Counted from the stretch's first letter, positions 43,975-53,413 are shown. The stretch is 62,052 nt of DNA from Candidatus Woesearchaeota archaeon (GCA_964372375.1 CAYJQF010000001.1:1-62052), one strand, 5' to 3'. Notes: generated by a model not told the origin, from the sequence alone. Numbers and translations are program-made.

Positions 43975-44319
43975 ATGGCACCAAAAACAAAGGAAACAAA
44001 CAGCAAGAAAACGCAAGAAAGGAAGGAAGTAGCAGTGCCTACACGTGGGAGAATCTTCGAAGGCACGATTACAAAGAAATTCGCCACCCGCGCAGTCCTT
44101 GAATTTGAGCGCACGATATATATGAAAAAGTTTGAGCGTTTCTACAAGAAGAAAACAAGGATTCATGCGCGCATTCCTGCAGGCATGCAGGTTGAGGTAG
44201 GAGAGTACGTACGTGTTCAGGAATGCAGGCCGTTAAGCAAGATTATTCATCATGTAGTTATTGAGAAACTAAGGTCAGTTGAGCAAAAAAGTAAGCAGGA
44301 AACGGGAGATAAAAAATGA
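43975..44319 (+). CDS. rps17: 30S ribosomal protein uS17
   Basis: GRIFEGTITKKFATRAVLEFER..VRVQECRPLSK. Confidence 0.9.
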   Translation: MAPKTKETNSKKTQERKEVAVPTRGRIFEGTITKKFATRAVLEFERTIYMKKFERFYKKKTRIHARIPAGMQVEVGEYVRVQECRPLSKIIHHVVIEKLRSVEQKSKQETGDKK

Positions 44320-44600
44320 GTACTATAACTATTTATGATGTTGATAGAAAATACTGGCAGGCATTAGAGGGAATTAATGCATGTATGGAGATTGTAGAAG
44401 GAAATGGTTCAAGTCAAGAATTTTTAAGAGAATTTAGATCTGTTGCCGAGGAATACCCATCTGCAGAACTTCTGAGGGGTAATAGCAATATCTTCGTCTG
44501 GGACAAGGTTCTTTCAGAAAAGGTTTCTTCTTTCAGGGATAAATTAGTAGAAGTATTTGGGACTAAGGATGCACTATTAGCAGAGGCACTGACGCAATGA
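44316..44600 (+). CDS. hypothetical acidic protein inserted between rps17 and rpl14
   Basis: 94-aa ORF with ATGA overlaps at both ends. About 16 acidic against 10 basic residues, AT-richer than its flanks, no recognised family. It is not the Rpp29 expected near here in many archaea. Confidence 0.55.
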   Translation: MSTITIYDVDRKYWQALEGINACMEIVEGNGSSQEFLREFRSVAEEYPSAELLRGNSNIFVWDKVLSEKVSSFRDKLVEVFGTKDALLAEALTQ

Positions 44601-44998
44601 AAGCAGTATCTGCTCTCGTTACTCGAGGCCTGAACATAGGAAGTAAAGTCGTTGCCGCTGACAATTCAGGAGCCCGCATTGTTAGAATTACTTCAGTCGT
44701 TCATGGCAAATCCAGGAAAGGCAGGCAGCAGTTTGCAAAAGTAGCGGATTGGGTAAAGGTATCAGTGCGTGCAGGTAAGCCGGAGATGAAAGGGCAGGTC
44801 TTTGATGCAGTGATTATCAGGCAACGTATGCCCTATCGGAGAAGGACGGGAGAGCGAGTTTGCTTTGAAGATAATGCGGTTGCCCTGCTCAAGGATGAAA
44901 AAGGCAATCCCAAAGGCACGTTCATTAAAGGACCGGTAGCCAGGGAAATACATGAACGTTGGAAGGAGGTCGCCAAACTGGCGCAATATGTGCTATGA
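44597..44998 (+). CDS. rpl14: 50S ribosomal protein uL14
   Basis: ADNSGARIVRITSV..; 133 aa. Confidence 0.93.
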   Translation: MKAVSALVTRGLNIGSKVVAADNSGARIVRITSVVHGKSRKGRQQFAKVADWVKVSVRAGKPEMKGQVFDAVIIRQRMPYRRRTGERVCFEDNAVALLKDEKGNPKGTFIKGPVAREIHERWKEVAKLAQYVL

Positions 44999-45357
44999 GT
45001 AATTCAAAAATTTCTGATGAGAGAAGAGTAGAACTTTTGAGAGAAATTGCAGCAGGAAATGAAAATTTGCTTGAATTTATAGCATGCGAGAAAGATGCAA
45101 AAGATTTTCAAGAATTTCTAGAGTTTGTACACAATGTTGAAGTAGGGTCTTTGGAGGCAGCTCGTAAAATAGCCGATAAATATCAACCTATAGTCGTAAA
45201 CTTACTTGTCATGCCTTCTGCAGATTATCAATGTCCAAGACAGGAATACCGACAATTGAATAGATTTGCAGTAGAGAGGGCCCAGATAAAAGTTCAAGAG
45301 TATCTCGCAGCAAGGCAGATAATAGCGCATATTGGAATGGTAGGAGGCGAGCAATGA
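44995..45357 (+). CDS. hypothetical acidic protein inserted between rpl14 and rpl24
   Basis: 120 aa from ATG 44995, with ATGA overlaps at the rpl14 stop and the rpl24 start. Sampled GC is about 32 %. No recognised family. Confidence 0.55.
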   Translation: MSNSKISDERRVELLREIAAGNENLLEFIACEKDAKDFQEFLEFVHNVEVGSLEAARKIADKYQPIVVNLLVMPSADYQCPRQEYRQLNRFAVERAQIKVQEYLAARQIIAHIGMVGGEQ

Positions 45358-45746
45358 AATCCTCATTTTCCTCTTCTTGGAATGCGAGCAGGCAGCGCAG
45401 GAAGCAGCATAAATACCGCTTGCAAGCGCCCTTACATACAAAGCATAAGTTTTTAAGCGCTCATCTTTCTAAAGAATTACGAAAGAAGTATGGCAAGAGA
45501 AGTCTTCCCCTCCGGAAAGGGGATGAGGTGCTTGTCATGCGCGGCAGCTTCACTAAGAAGCGCGCCAAAGTCGTTTCTGTTAATCTCACTGCAGGCATAG
45601 TTGCGTTGGAAGGGATCCAGCGTACAAAACGTGACGGTACAAAAGTGCAAGTACCATTTAATCCGCGTGCACTTCAGATCAGCACGCTCTTTTTAGAAGA
45701 TAAGGAACGACTTGCAATTTTTACAAGGAAACAAGGAAGAACATAA
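45354..45746 (+). CDS. rpl24: 50S ribosomal protein uL24
   Basis: SRQRRKQHKYRLQAPLHTKHKFLSAHLSKELRKKYGKRSLPLRKGDEVLVMRG. Confidence 0.92.
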   Translation: MKSSFSSSWNASRQRRKQHKYRLQAPLHTKHKFLSAHLSKELRKKYGKRSLPLRKGDEVLVMRGSFTKKRAKVVSVNLTAGIVALEGIQRTKRDGTKVQVPFNPRALQISTLFLEDKERLAIFTRKQGRT

Positions 45747-46363
45747 TGCATCTTACCAGAAAAGAAACATCAGTACTCCTCCCAATACGGCGGAAGGGGA
45801 CAAAATACATAGCGCGAGCTGCATCTCATGTCTTTACAGCAGTGCCGGTGCTGATCGCGGTACGTGACATGTTAAAGATAGCACGCACTGCTGCTGAAGT
45901 GAAACACCTTATTCATAATAAGCTGCTCAAGATTAATGGGAAGCTGGTTCGAGATATGCATGAAAGCATCAAGTTATTCAATCTTTTCGAGGCCGATAAG
46001 AACTATCTGCTCACTCTTTCCTCTACAGGTAGATTTATTTTTAAGGAGACCAAGCTGCATGAACGGCTCTGTAAGGTAGTGAATCGTAGGTTGATTGAAC
46101 AAGGAAAGACACAATTAAATTTGCATGATGGTTCAAATCTAATAACGAAAGGAGATATAGCAATTGGAGACTCGGTATATCTTGACTTTGCTGGTAAGAT
46201 GGTAAAACACAAAGCGCTGGCAAAGGGCGCTTCCGTGTTTGTTATCGCCGGCAAGTATGCCGGCCTTGATTCAAAACTCATTGATGTGGTAGCCAAGAAA
46301 GTAACGATTAAACAAGAAGGAGGGACTGCCGTGCTTAATCAAAGAGCAGTTATTGCAGTATGA
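45746..46363 (+). CDS. rps4e: 30S ribosomal protein eS4
   Basis: Archaeal S4e pattern and position. Confidence 0.9.
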   Translation: MHLTRKETSVLLPIRRKGTKYIARAASHVFTAVPVLIAVRDMLKIARTAAEVKHLIHNKLLKINGKLVRDMHESIKLFNLFEADKNYLLTLSSTGRFIFKETKLHERLCKVVNRRLIEQGKTQLNLHDGSNLITKGDIAIGDSVYLDFAGKMVKHKALAKGASVFVIAGKYAGLDSKLIDVVAKKVTIKQEGGTAVLNQRAVIAV

Positions 46364-46860
46364 GTAACAGTATGCGTACGGTAAAGATTGAAAAAGTTAT
46401 TTTGAGCGCCGGCAGTACAGCAGATAATTTAGCAAAAGCAAAAAAACTGCTTGAGTTTGTTACCAAGAAGAAAGCGCAGATTGTTGCCTCGAGAAAACGT
46501 ATCCCTGATTTTGGAGTACGTCCCGGGCTTGAAGTAGGAACACGGGTTACTCTAAGAGGAAAAGAGGCAATTGCTTTACTAAGGAGATTGCTTGGAGCAA
46601 TAGATAATACACTCACCAAGAAGCAGGTTACTGATAATCACTTTTCTTTTGGAATTAAAGAATATATCGAAATACCAGAGATAGAATATCAACGCGATAT
46701 AGGCATTCGTGGATTTAATACAACCGTAGTATTTGCACGAGCAGGTTTACGCGTACAAAGGAAGAAGATCAAGGCAGGCCAGATCCCCAGACGGCAGCAT
46801 GTTTCCCAGGAAGAAATCATCAAGTATATGGAGGACGTCTTTAAGACGAACATTAAATGA
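46360..46860 (+). CDS. rpl5: 50S ribosomal protein uL5
   Basis: Pattern and position. Confidence 0.9.
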   Translation: MSNSMRTVKIEKVILSAGSTADNLAKAKKLLEFVTKKKAQIVASRKRIPDFGVRPGLEVGTRVTLRGKEAIALLRRLLGAIDNTLTKKQVTDNHFSFGIKEYIEIPEIEYQRDIGIRGFNTTVVFARAGLRVQRKKIKAGQIPRRQHVSQEEIIKYMEDVFKTNIK

Positions 46861-47087
46861 CAGCGAGCGATTGGAGCAAGTCTCTAACCCAGCTGAAGAT
46901 GAAGCCAGCAGTCATGCAGAAATTCATTAAACATTGCAAGCCAAAAGAGCGTAAAACAGGCATTGCGTCAAAGAAGTGTGAACGTTGTGGCCGTTTTGGC
47001 GCCCATCTTAGTCAATATAATCTAAACCTTTGCCGACAGTGCTTCCGCGAAATTGCGGAACAAATCGGTTTTCACAAATACAACTAA
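46857..47087 (+). CDS. rps14: 30S ribosomal protein uS14 (zinc type)
   Basis: CERCGR..LCRQCFRE. The N-terminus is about 20 aa longer than usual, so the start is uncertain. Confidence 0.85.
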   Translation: MTASDWSKSLTQLKMKPAVMQKFIKHCKPKERKTGIASKKCERCGRFGAHLSQYNLNLCRQCFREIAEQIGFHKYN

Positions 47088-47088
47088 C

Positions 47089-47463
47089 ATGAGCCAGGAT
47101 ATTGTAGCAGACGCGTTAAATCAGATCATGAATGCAAAGCGTGCGCGCCACACATCAGTAAAAGTAAAGCATCATTCAAAGCTTTTACTTTCTATCTTAG
47201 CAATTGCTAAGCTTAAAGGATATGTTAAAGCATATATACAGGATCAGGAAGGGCTGCGTATAGAATTCGCAAAACTAAATGGGTGTAATGCCATCAAACC
47301 AAGGTTCATAGTACAGGCAGGTGACTACGAGGTCTATGTGAAGAGATACCTGCCAGCAAAACACATCGGTGTTTTAGTTGTTTCAACCCCGGAAGGAATT
47401 ATGACTCATCAAACTGCACAAGAAAAGAACAAAGGAGGGAGCCTTTTGGCGTATTTCTACTAA
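47089..47463 (+). CDS. rps8: 30S ribosomal protein uS8
   Basis: MSQDIVADALNQIMNAKRA; ATG 47089 follows the rps14 stop. Confidence 0.9.
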   Translation: MSQDIVADALNQIMNAKRARHTSVKVKHHSKLLLSILAIAKLKGYVKAYIQDQEGLRIEFAKLNGCNAIKPRFIVQAGDYEVYVKRYLPAKHIGVLVVSTPEGIMTHQTAQEKNKGGSLLAYFY

Positions 47464-47464
47464 T

Positions 47465-48010
47465 ATGAAAAAGAATATGACTGAAACTATCACAATTCCG
47501 GAGGACATAACTTGCACATTGGAAGGTACACAGCTCCACTGTACCAAGGGTGCTGGAAAGCTGACAAAACAGCTTGCAGAACCTTCGATTATAATGCAGC
47601 ATGATGCAAAAAATATAACGCTTTCTTGTAAGAAGGGAAACAAACACCAGTTTAAGATTCTCAAATCGTACGCAGCACACATCAGAAACATGATTCGTGG
47701 TTTGAACAAGGAATATGAGTATGTGTTGGAAGCATGCAATGTGCACTTCCCCATGACGCTTAAGGTAGATAAAGATAAACTCATGATTGCCAATTTTTTG
47801 GGAGAGAAAGAGCCGCGCATAGCTAAGATTGTGCCTGGTGTCAAAGTTGAGATAAAAGGTCAGCGTATTACTATAACTTCAAGTAACAAAGACGCTGCAG
47901 GCCAGACTGTTTCTTATATTGAACGTGCAACAAAGATACGGAATCGGGATCGCCGAGTTTTTCAGGATGGTATTTTTCTGGTTGAGCGTCCAGGAAGGGA
48001 GCAAGCATGA
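47465..48010 (+). CDS. rpl6: 50S ribosomal protein uL6
   Basis: Pattern and position. Confidence 0.9.
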   Translation: MKKNMTETITIPEDITCTLEGTQLHCTKGAGKLTKQLAEPSIIMQHDAKNITLSCKKGNKHQFKILKSYAAHIRNMIRGLNKEYEYVLEACNVHFPMTLKVDKDKLMIANFLGEKEPRIAKIVPGVKVEIKGQRITITSSNKDAAGQTVSYIERATKIRNRDRRVFQDGIFLVERPGREQA

Positions 48011-48351
48011 CTTCATTTTTGAGATCTGATACGCGCAGGCATCTCCGCCTCGGTAAGCGCCGCAGGAAGCTGCAAAAATGGAGACGGCCGCGTGGGCGTC
48101 ATAGCAAGATTAGGAGAAAGCGGTTTGGTTATCCAAAAAAGCCCGAGAGAGGGTATGGAACACCGAGAAAAGAATCAGGCTTACTGCACGGCCTTAAGCC
48201 TGTGCTCGTTCATAATATGAAAGAATTAGAATTAGTGCCTAAAGAAAGTATTGCTTGTATTGCACGTGTGGGAGCAAAAAAGAAGATCGCTCTGTTAAAA
48301 TATGCCCAAGAGCACAGCACTAAGATTATGAATGTAGGGAGGATACTATGA
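48007..48351 (+). CDS. rpl32e: 50S ribosomal protein eL32
   Basis: RRKLQKWRRPRGRHSKIRRK. Confidence 0.88.
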   Translation: MTSFLRSDTRRHLRLGKRRRKLQKWRRPRGRHSKIRRKRFGYPKKPERGYGTPRKESGLLHGLKPVLVHNMKELELVPKESIACIARVGAKKKIALLKYAQEHSTKIMNVGRIL

Positions 48352-48758
48352 ATCTTGCAAAAAAGAAAGCTTTAGCAGTAGCAACTCTTGGTGTGGGCAA
48401 AGCAAGAATTGTTTTTAATACGCAACGCCTTGATGAGCTTAAAGAGGCAATTACTAAGCAGGATATTCGTGACTTAGTTGCTTCGGGTGCTATTTCTATT
48501 CGGGAGATCATAGGAAAAAAGAAAGTAGAGAGGCGCAAAACAAGGCGGCGCGCAGGGAGTATAAAGCAGAGAGTGAAGCCAGGCAAGCGAGGGTATATTA
48601 TTCTAACAAGAAAATTGAGGAACTATCTTGCAGAGATGAGAATGCAGAATAAACTGGCACGAGAGCACCATCTTAAGCTGAGGAAGGAAATCAGAGCACA
48701 TACATTCAAAAGCAAGGCACATCTGAAGGAGCGGATGGCGCACCTGCAGGCGCAATGA
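48348..48758 (+). CDS. rpl19e: 50S ribosomal protein eL19
   Basis: Pattern (KRRAGSIKQRVKPGKRGY) and position. Confidence 0.88.
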   Translation: MNLAKKKALAVATLGVGKARIVFNTQRLDELKEAITKQDIRDLVASGAISIREIIGKKKVERRKTRRRAGSIKQRVKPGKRGYIILTRKLRNYLAEMRMQNKLAREHHLKLRKEIRAHTFKSKAHLKERMAHLQAQ

Positions 48759-49222
48759 GAACAGTACGGAGACGCAGGCATGAAGCAAAAACAGATTATA
48801 AAGCACGACTTACTTTATTGAAAGCAGGCAGGCCTCGCTTGGTTGTCAGAAAGACGAATAGGTATATAATTGCTCAATTTGTGGTAAGTGAACAAGCGCA
48901 AGATACCGTGATAGTTGGTGTTTTCTCTAAATTATTATTGCAGAAAGGATGGCCTGAAGCGCATGCAGGCAGCCTCAAAAGTCTTCCTGCTGCGTATCTC
49001 ACCGGACTCTTGCTTGGCAAGCTCGCGAAAGGCAAAGTTACTAATGCAATTCTTGACTTGGGCATGTACCGCAATGTGCATAAGTCACGAGTGTATGCTG
49101 TGCTGAAAGGAGTACTTGATGCAGGCATTCTTATTACTCATGATCCTGCAGCACTTCCCGGAGAGCAGGAATTTGCAAAGAATAAAGAATTAAACGCGCT
49201 GATAACCAAGGTAAAACTATAA
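48755..49222 (+). CDS. rpl18: 50S ribosomal protein uL18
   Basis: RRRRHEAKTDYKARLTLLKAGRPRLVVRKTNRYIIAQ. Confidence 0.9.
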   Translation: MRTVRRRRHEAKTDYKARLTLLKAGRPRLVVRKTNRYIIAQFVVSEQAQDTVIVGVFSKLLLQKGWPEAHAGSLKSLPAAYLTGLLLGKLAKGKVTNAILDLGMYRNVHKSRVYAVLKGVLDAGILITHDPAALPGEQEFAKNKELNALITKVKL

Positions 49223-50022
49223 TGGCAGAGAAAGAATCAATTAACAAGCCTAAGGATATGATCGAAGCAACGCCAGAAGAATTGGTAAAGCTTGAGCAGG
49301 AAGCACAAGCTACCGTAGCAGAGGCAGTCGTCCTAACAAGAGCTGAGCAGACAGCAGCACGCGAGAAAGAAGCGGAGCGGCAGGCCTTGGATTCTTGGGT
49401 GCCTAAGACGGCATTAGGTAGAAGAGTCAAGGCAAAAGAGAATACTGATATTGATGCTGTTCTTTCTTCGGGCAAGAAGATTCTTGAGCCGCAGATTATT
49501 GATTCACTCTTGAAAGTAGAGTATGATCTTTTATTAATAGGTCAGGCTAAGGGTAAGTTTGGTGGTGGGAAGCGCAGGGCCTGGCGACAAACCCAGAAAA
49601 AGACTATGGAGGGGAACGTGGTTACCTTTTCCTGTATGGCGGTCGTTGGTGACAAGAAAGGCCACGTGGGTGTTGGCTATGGCAGAGCAAAAGAAACCCT
49701 GCCTTCGCGGGCAAAAGCGATTCGTAAGGCAAAGCTTAATCTATTTAAGATTACCCGAGGGTTCGAATCTCCTACTGATACGATTCGTGAGCCCCACACC
49801 GTTCCATTCGTTGTTCAAGGCAAGTGTGGTTCTATTAGGATTAAATTAATTCCAGCACCGCGAGGGACTGGTTTGGTTATTGGTGACCAAGGCAAGAAGA
49901 TTTTACGGCTTGCAGGAATTCATGACGTGTATGCAGTCACTAAAGGGCAAACCAGGACAACTTTCAATGTTGCGAAAGCGCTCATAGATGCGTTACAAAA
50001 AACAAATCTCATACTCTTATGA
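49222..50022 (+). CDS. rps5: 30S ribosomal protein uS5 with an N-terminal charged extension of about 55 aa
   Basis: The core runs from WVPKTALGRRV..; the extension is acidic and helical (ELVKLEQEAQATVAEA..). Confidence 0.9.
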   Translation: MAEKESINKPKDMIEATPEELVKLEQEAQATVAEAVVLTRAEQTAAREKEAERQALDSWVPKTALGRRVKAKENTDIDAVLSSGKKILEPQIIDSLLKVEYDLLLIGQAKGKFGGGKRRAWRQTQKKTMEGNVVTFSCMAVVGDKKGHVGVGYGRAKETLPSRAKAIRKAKLNLFKITRGFESPTDTIREPHTVPFVVQGKCGSIRIKLIPAPRGTGLVIGDQGKKILRLAGIHDVYAVTKGQTRTTFNVAKALIDALQKTNLILL

Positions 50023-50435
50023 TACTTATAATTAGAATAAAAGGATTAGTAGAAATATCTCAGCAGGCGCAAGAAACTTTGTTCAGGCTTCATCTGCAGA
50101 GAAAGTATACTGCCACGCTGATTAAAGAAACTCCAGAAAATCTAAAGCTCCTTCAGAAGATACGGAATTATGTAGCATACGGCACACTTACGAAGGAAGA
50201 TCTTATTCTCCTGCTTGAGCAACGAGGCAAAGCATTCAAAGGCAAGAAAGTTGAGGTAAAAGCAGCGATAGACCAGCTCGACAAAAAGTCTTTAGAGGAT
50301 CTTAATATGAAGCCATTCTTCAGGCTGCATCCTCCTCGTGGCGGCATAGACAGCAGATTGCATTATGGCGTTAAGAAAGGTGTCCTTGGCAATCACAAAG
50401 ATAAAATCAATTTGCTGATGCGGAGGATGCTATGA
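50019..50435 (+). CDS. rpl30: 50S ribosomal protein uL30
   Basis: Pattern and position. Confidence 0.88.
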   Translation: MILIIRIKGLVEISQQAQETLFRLHLQRKYTATLIKETPENLKLLQKIRNYVAYGTLTKEDLILLLEQRGKAFKGKKVEVKAAIDQLDKKSLEDLNMKPFFRLHPPRGGIDSRLHYGVKKGVLGNHKDKINLLMRRML

Positions 50436-50860
50436 AATTCAAGAAGCGTAAAAAGTCAAGCAGAAGGTTTGGCAATCAAACTGCTTTCCGAGGAGCAAAA
50501 GAGCGTACCAGACATTCAGGCAACCGGGGAGGGTATGGCATGGCAGGCACTGGAAAGAGAGCAGATCAGAAGAAAACGCTAGTCATTAAACTTACCGGAG
50601 GCAATAATTATTTTGGGAAATCAAAAACACTCAGGCGGGGCAACAAGCCTGCAAAGTACAAAGTTATGAATCTGCAGGATATACAATTGCAGCACGCTGA
50701 CAAAAAGGAAATAGATTTGACCGGCTATAAAATATTGGGAGCAGGAGAATTAAAAGTAAAAATAAAGATCATTGCTTCTGCTGCCTCTGCCACCGCTAGG
50801 GAAAAAGTGCAGGCAGCAGGCGGGGAATTGATTCTAAAAAAAGCCGGAATAAAAATATAA
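50432..50860 (+). CDS. rpl15: 50S ribosomal protein uL15
   Basis: Pattern (GNRGGYGMAGTGKR) and position. Confidence 0.9.
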   Translation: MKFKKRKKSSRRFGNQTAFRGAKERTRHSGNRGGYGMAGTGKRADQKKTLVIKLTGGNNYFGKSKTLRRGNKPAKYKVMNLQDIQLQHADKKEIDLTGYKILGAGELKVKIKIIASAASATAREKVQAAGGELILKKAGIKI

Positions 50861-50901
50861 GGCAGCAACATCTTTAAAAACTGCTTCTTACACGTAAGGA
50901 A

Positions 50902-52287
50902 ATGAACCTTAAATCTGCATTGTACAATCTTCCTGAGGTGAAGCATCCGCAGGAAAAGAAGCTTTCCTTCAATATTAAATTGAAATGGACGCTTATCATT
51001 TTAGCCGTATTCTTTATTCTTGCCAACATTCCTGTCTATGGTCTTTCTGCAAATTCCTTGCAGCGATTTGAATTTCTGGCTATTATTTTGGGAACTGAAT
51101 TTGGCTCTATCATTAGTTTGGGTATTGGCCCAATTGTGATGGCATCGATTATTTTGCAATTGCTCGTTGGCTCAGGCATTCTAAAAATTGACTTGAATAG
51201 TTCCGAAGGCAAGCGTTATTTTCAAGGCTTGCAGAAGCTCGGAGTCTTCTTTTTCATTCTCTTTGAATCTGCCGTCTACGTACTCATGGGAGGGTTGCAG
51301 GCAGTACCAGGTCTAACAGGCATAGTCATCTTCCAGCTAATTCTTGGCGGCTTAGCTATCATGCTCATGGATGAGGTGACTACGAAATGGGGCTTCGGCT
51401 CAGGCGTGTCCTTATTCATTCTCGCTGGTGTTGCCTGGCGTCTGTTCGCAGGATTATTCCAATTCATCGGCCCGTCAGGAGAGAATTGTTTGATTGACTT
51501 TTCTAATACGCCTTGTGCAGGAAAAGTATTCGTGATTATCCAATCTCTGATCAATGGTGCGCCTAAGGAATTACTCCTTGCAATACTTGCTTTGCTTATT
51601 ACTGCAGGTGTTTTTCTGGCGGTAGTCTGGGCACAGAGTTTGAAAGTAGAGATTCCGTTAAGTTTTGACCGATTGCGTGGCTATACGGTAAAATGGCCGC
51701 TCTCATTTTTCTATGCCTCTGTTATTCCTGTCATTTTAGCCGCGGCCCTTGTTGCTAACATTCAACTATTAGGAGGTCTGCTTGAAAACTATATTGGCAA
51801 GGCAACTCTGCTTGGCGGTTTCTCTCAAGGATCCCCCATATCAGGTCTTGCGTACTGGCTCGGTTTTTCGAATATTGTTGAAGCAGTCGTGCGCGGCAGC
51901 CTCCAAAGTACACAAGTTATCCAGCTCTTTACCCATCTCATCTTTTTCATGGCATTTTCAGCACTCTTTGCAGTATTCTGGGTAAAGACATCAGGCATGG
52001 ATGAGGCAAGCCAAGCAAAAAAGATTATGTCTTCAGGTCTGCAAATTCCTGGTTTTCGGAAAGATCAGCGCGTCCTGGAATCCATTTTGGGAAGATACAT
52101 TCTTCCTTTGACGATTATGGGCGGCCTCGCTGTCGGCCTTTTAGCAGCTCTCACCGATTCTCTCGGAGCGCTCACTTCAGGCACCGCTATCCTGCTTGCT
52201 GTCATGATTGCCTATCAGTTCTATCAAAATATCGCGCAGCAGCACGCCGTAGATATGCATCCAGCGATGCGTAATTTTATGAGGTAG
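50902..52287 (+). CDS. secY: preprotein translocase subunit SecY
   Basis: 461 aa, 10-TM SecY pattern. It has its own TATA (CTTTAAAAA) 26 nt upstream. Confidence 0.93.
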   Translation: MNLKSALYNLPEVKHPQEKKLSFNIKLKWTLIILAVFFILANIPVYGLSANSLQRFEFLAIILGTEFGSIISLGIGPIVMASIILQLLVGSGILKIDLNSSEGKRYFQGLQKLGVFFFILFESAVYVLMGGLQAVPGLTGIVIFQLILGGLAIMLMDEVTTKWGFGSGVSLFILAGVAWRLFAGLFQFIGPSGENCLIDFSNTPCAGKVFVIIQSLINGAPKELLLAILALLITAGVFLAVVWAQSLKVEIPLSFDRLRGYTVKWPLSFFYASVIPVILAAALVANIQLLGGLLENYIGKATLLGGFSQGSPISGLAYWLGFSNIVEAVVRGSLQSTQVIQLFTHLIFFMAFSALFAVFWVKTSGMDEASQAKKIMSSGLQIPGFRKDQRVLESILGRYILPLTIMGGLAVGLLAALTDSLGALTSGTAILLAVMIAYQFYQNIAQQHAVDMHPAMRNFMR

Positions 52288-52336
52288 TAATGGACGAGTG
52301 CACAGGCTTTAAATAGCATTCATCTCTATTTCTTAT

Positions 52337-52738
52337 ATGATTGCAGAATTTATTCAATCCTACCCAAAAGTAGGCATCATGTGTTTCGCCTTACTAGTTT
52401 CTTTTTTCATCTCTTTAGTGAATTATTTTGTCTTAGACAAGGAAAAGATGCGGGAAATTAAGGAAAAGCAGAAAGCTTTGCAGGAAGAAATGAAGAAACA
52501 TAAGGGCAATCCGGAAAAGATGATGGAGCTCAACAAGCAATTGTTTTCACATATGGGGGAGATGATGCGCCATTCATTCAAGCCCATGCTCATTACTTTG
52601 ATTCCGCTCTTGCTTTTTTTCAACTACCTCAGAGAAACCTTTGCCGCAACCGCTCTCGCAAAATCATGGATATGGTACTATATTGGCTCTTCAATTGTAG
52701 GAAGCATTATCTTTAGAAAGATATTCAAGCTACCATAA
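52337..52738 (+). CDS. DUF106 / EMC3-TMCO1-like membrane protein (archaeal YidC/Oxa1-like insertase family)
   Basis: TM, then coiled coil KEKMREIKEKQKALQEEMKK..NPEKMMELNKQ, then TMs. This is the usual position near secY. TATA 26 nt upstream. Confidence 0.75.
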   Translation: MIAEFIQSYPKVGIMCFALLVSFFISLVNYFVLDKEKMREIKEKQKALQEEMKKHKGNPEKMMELNKQLFSHMGEMMRHSFKPMLITLIPLLLFFNYLRETFAATALAKSWIWYYIGSSIVGSIIFRKIFKLP

Positions 52739-52772
52739 TCCTTTTATACATACTGTAAGAGAGATACACAGC

Positions 52773-53402
52773 ATGAGCAAGCGAACGAGACTAATGATGC
52801 TCCTCGATGAGGATGCCGCACAGCGGGAATTGGCAGAAATGAACCGTGGATTTAAAAAGCAAGCACCGTGGAAATCAGTGTCTGATTTTTTGCTTGAACA
52901 ATGCACAGGCCAGTATACAGCGCTCTGGATGGTCGCACGCACCTTGAAAGTAGAAAGGCCGGAAGATTTTGGAAAACATGCTATTTCTGACTTGCAGCAA
53001 GCGGGAGCCAATCGTCAAGCACTCAGCGCGCTTGAAGGAGCACTTGCCTCTCTCGGCGTTCTCTTAAAAGAAAAGTCTAATGTAGAAATTGTTGAAGTAG
53101 AAGGGAGGACATATGAACCATTTAAAACAAGAAGATTTTATCGGTTGCAAGAATTTACGGTTGAGCTTGTGAGGAATAAAGGTGAACCGTATGTTCTTGT
53201 TAATAATACAACAAAAGTACCAGTGTCTCGTACAGGCAATAAGAGATGCACAGCAGATAAACTTTACACCATGTTTTCTATGTTTGCTCGCGGCGAAGAT
53301 ACAGCAGTAATTGCTTTTGATGTTGCTCGCACCGAAGATTCTGTGCGCAGCCATTTAATGAGGGGCGGAGTCCTTAAAAGAGCGGAAGAATTAGACCTGT
53401 AA
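52773..53402 (+). CDS. hypothetical protein, possible C-terminal HTH
   Basis: 209 aa. The C-terminal KLYTMFSMFARGEDTAVIAFDVARTEDSVRSHLMRGG resembles a LuxR/sigma-r4-like HTH (weak). Confidence 0.5.
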   Translation: MSKRTRLMMLLDEDAAQRELAEMNRGFKKQAPWKSVSDFLLEQCTGQYTALWMVARTLKVERPEDFGKHAISDLQQAGANRQALSALEGALASLGVLLKEKSNVEIVEVEGRTYEPFKTRRFYRLQEFTVELVRNKGEPYVLVNNTTKVPVSRTGNKRCTADKLYTMFSMFARGEDTAVIAFDVARTEDSVRSHLMRGGVLKRAEELDL

Positions 53403-53413
53403 AATCTGAAAAG

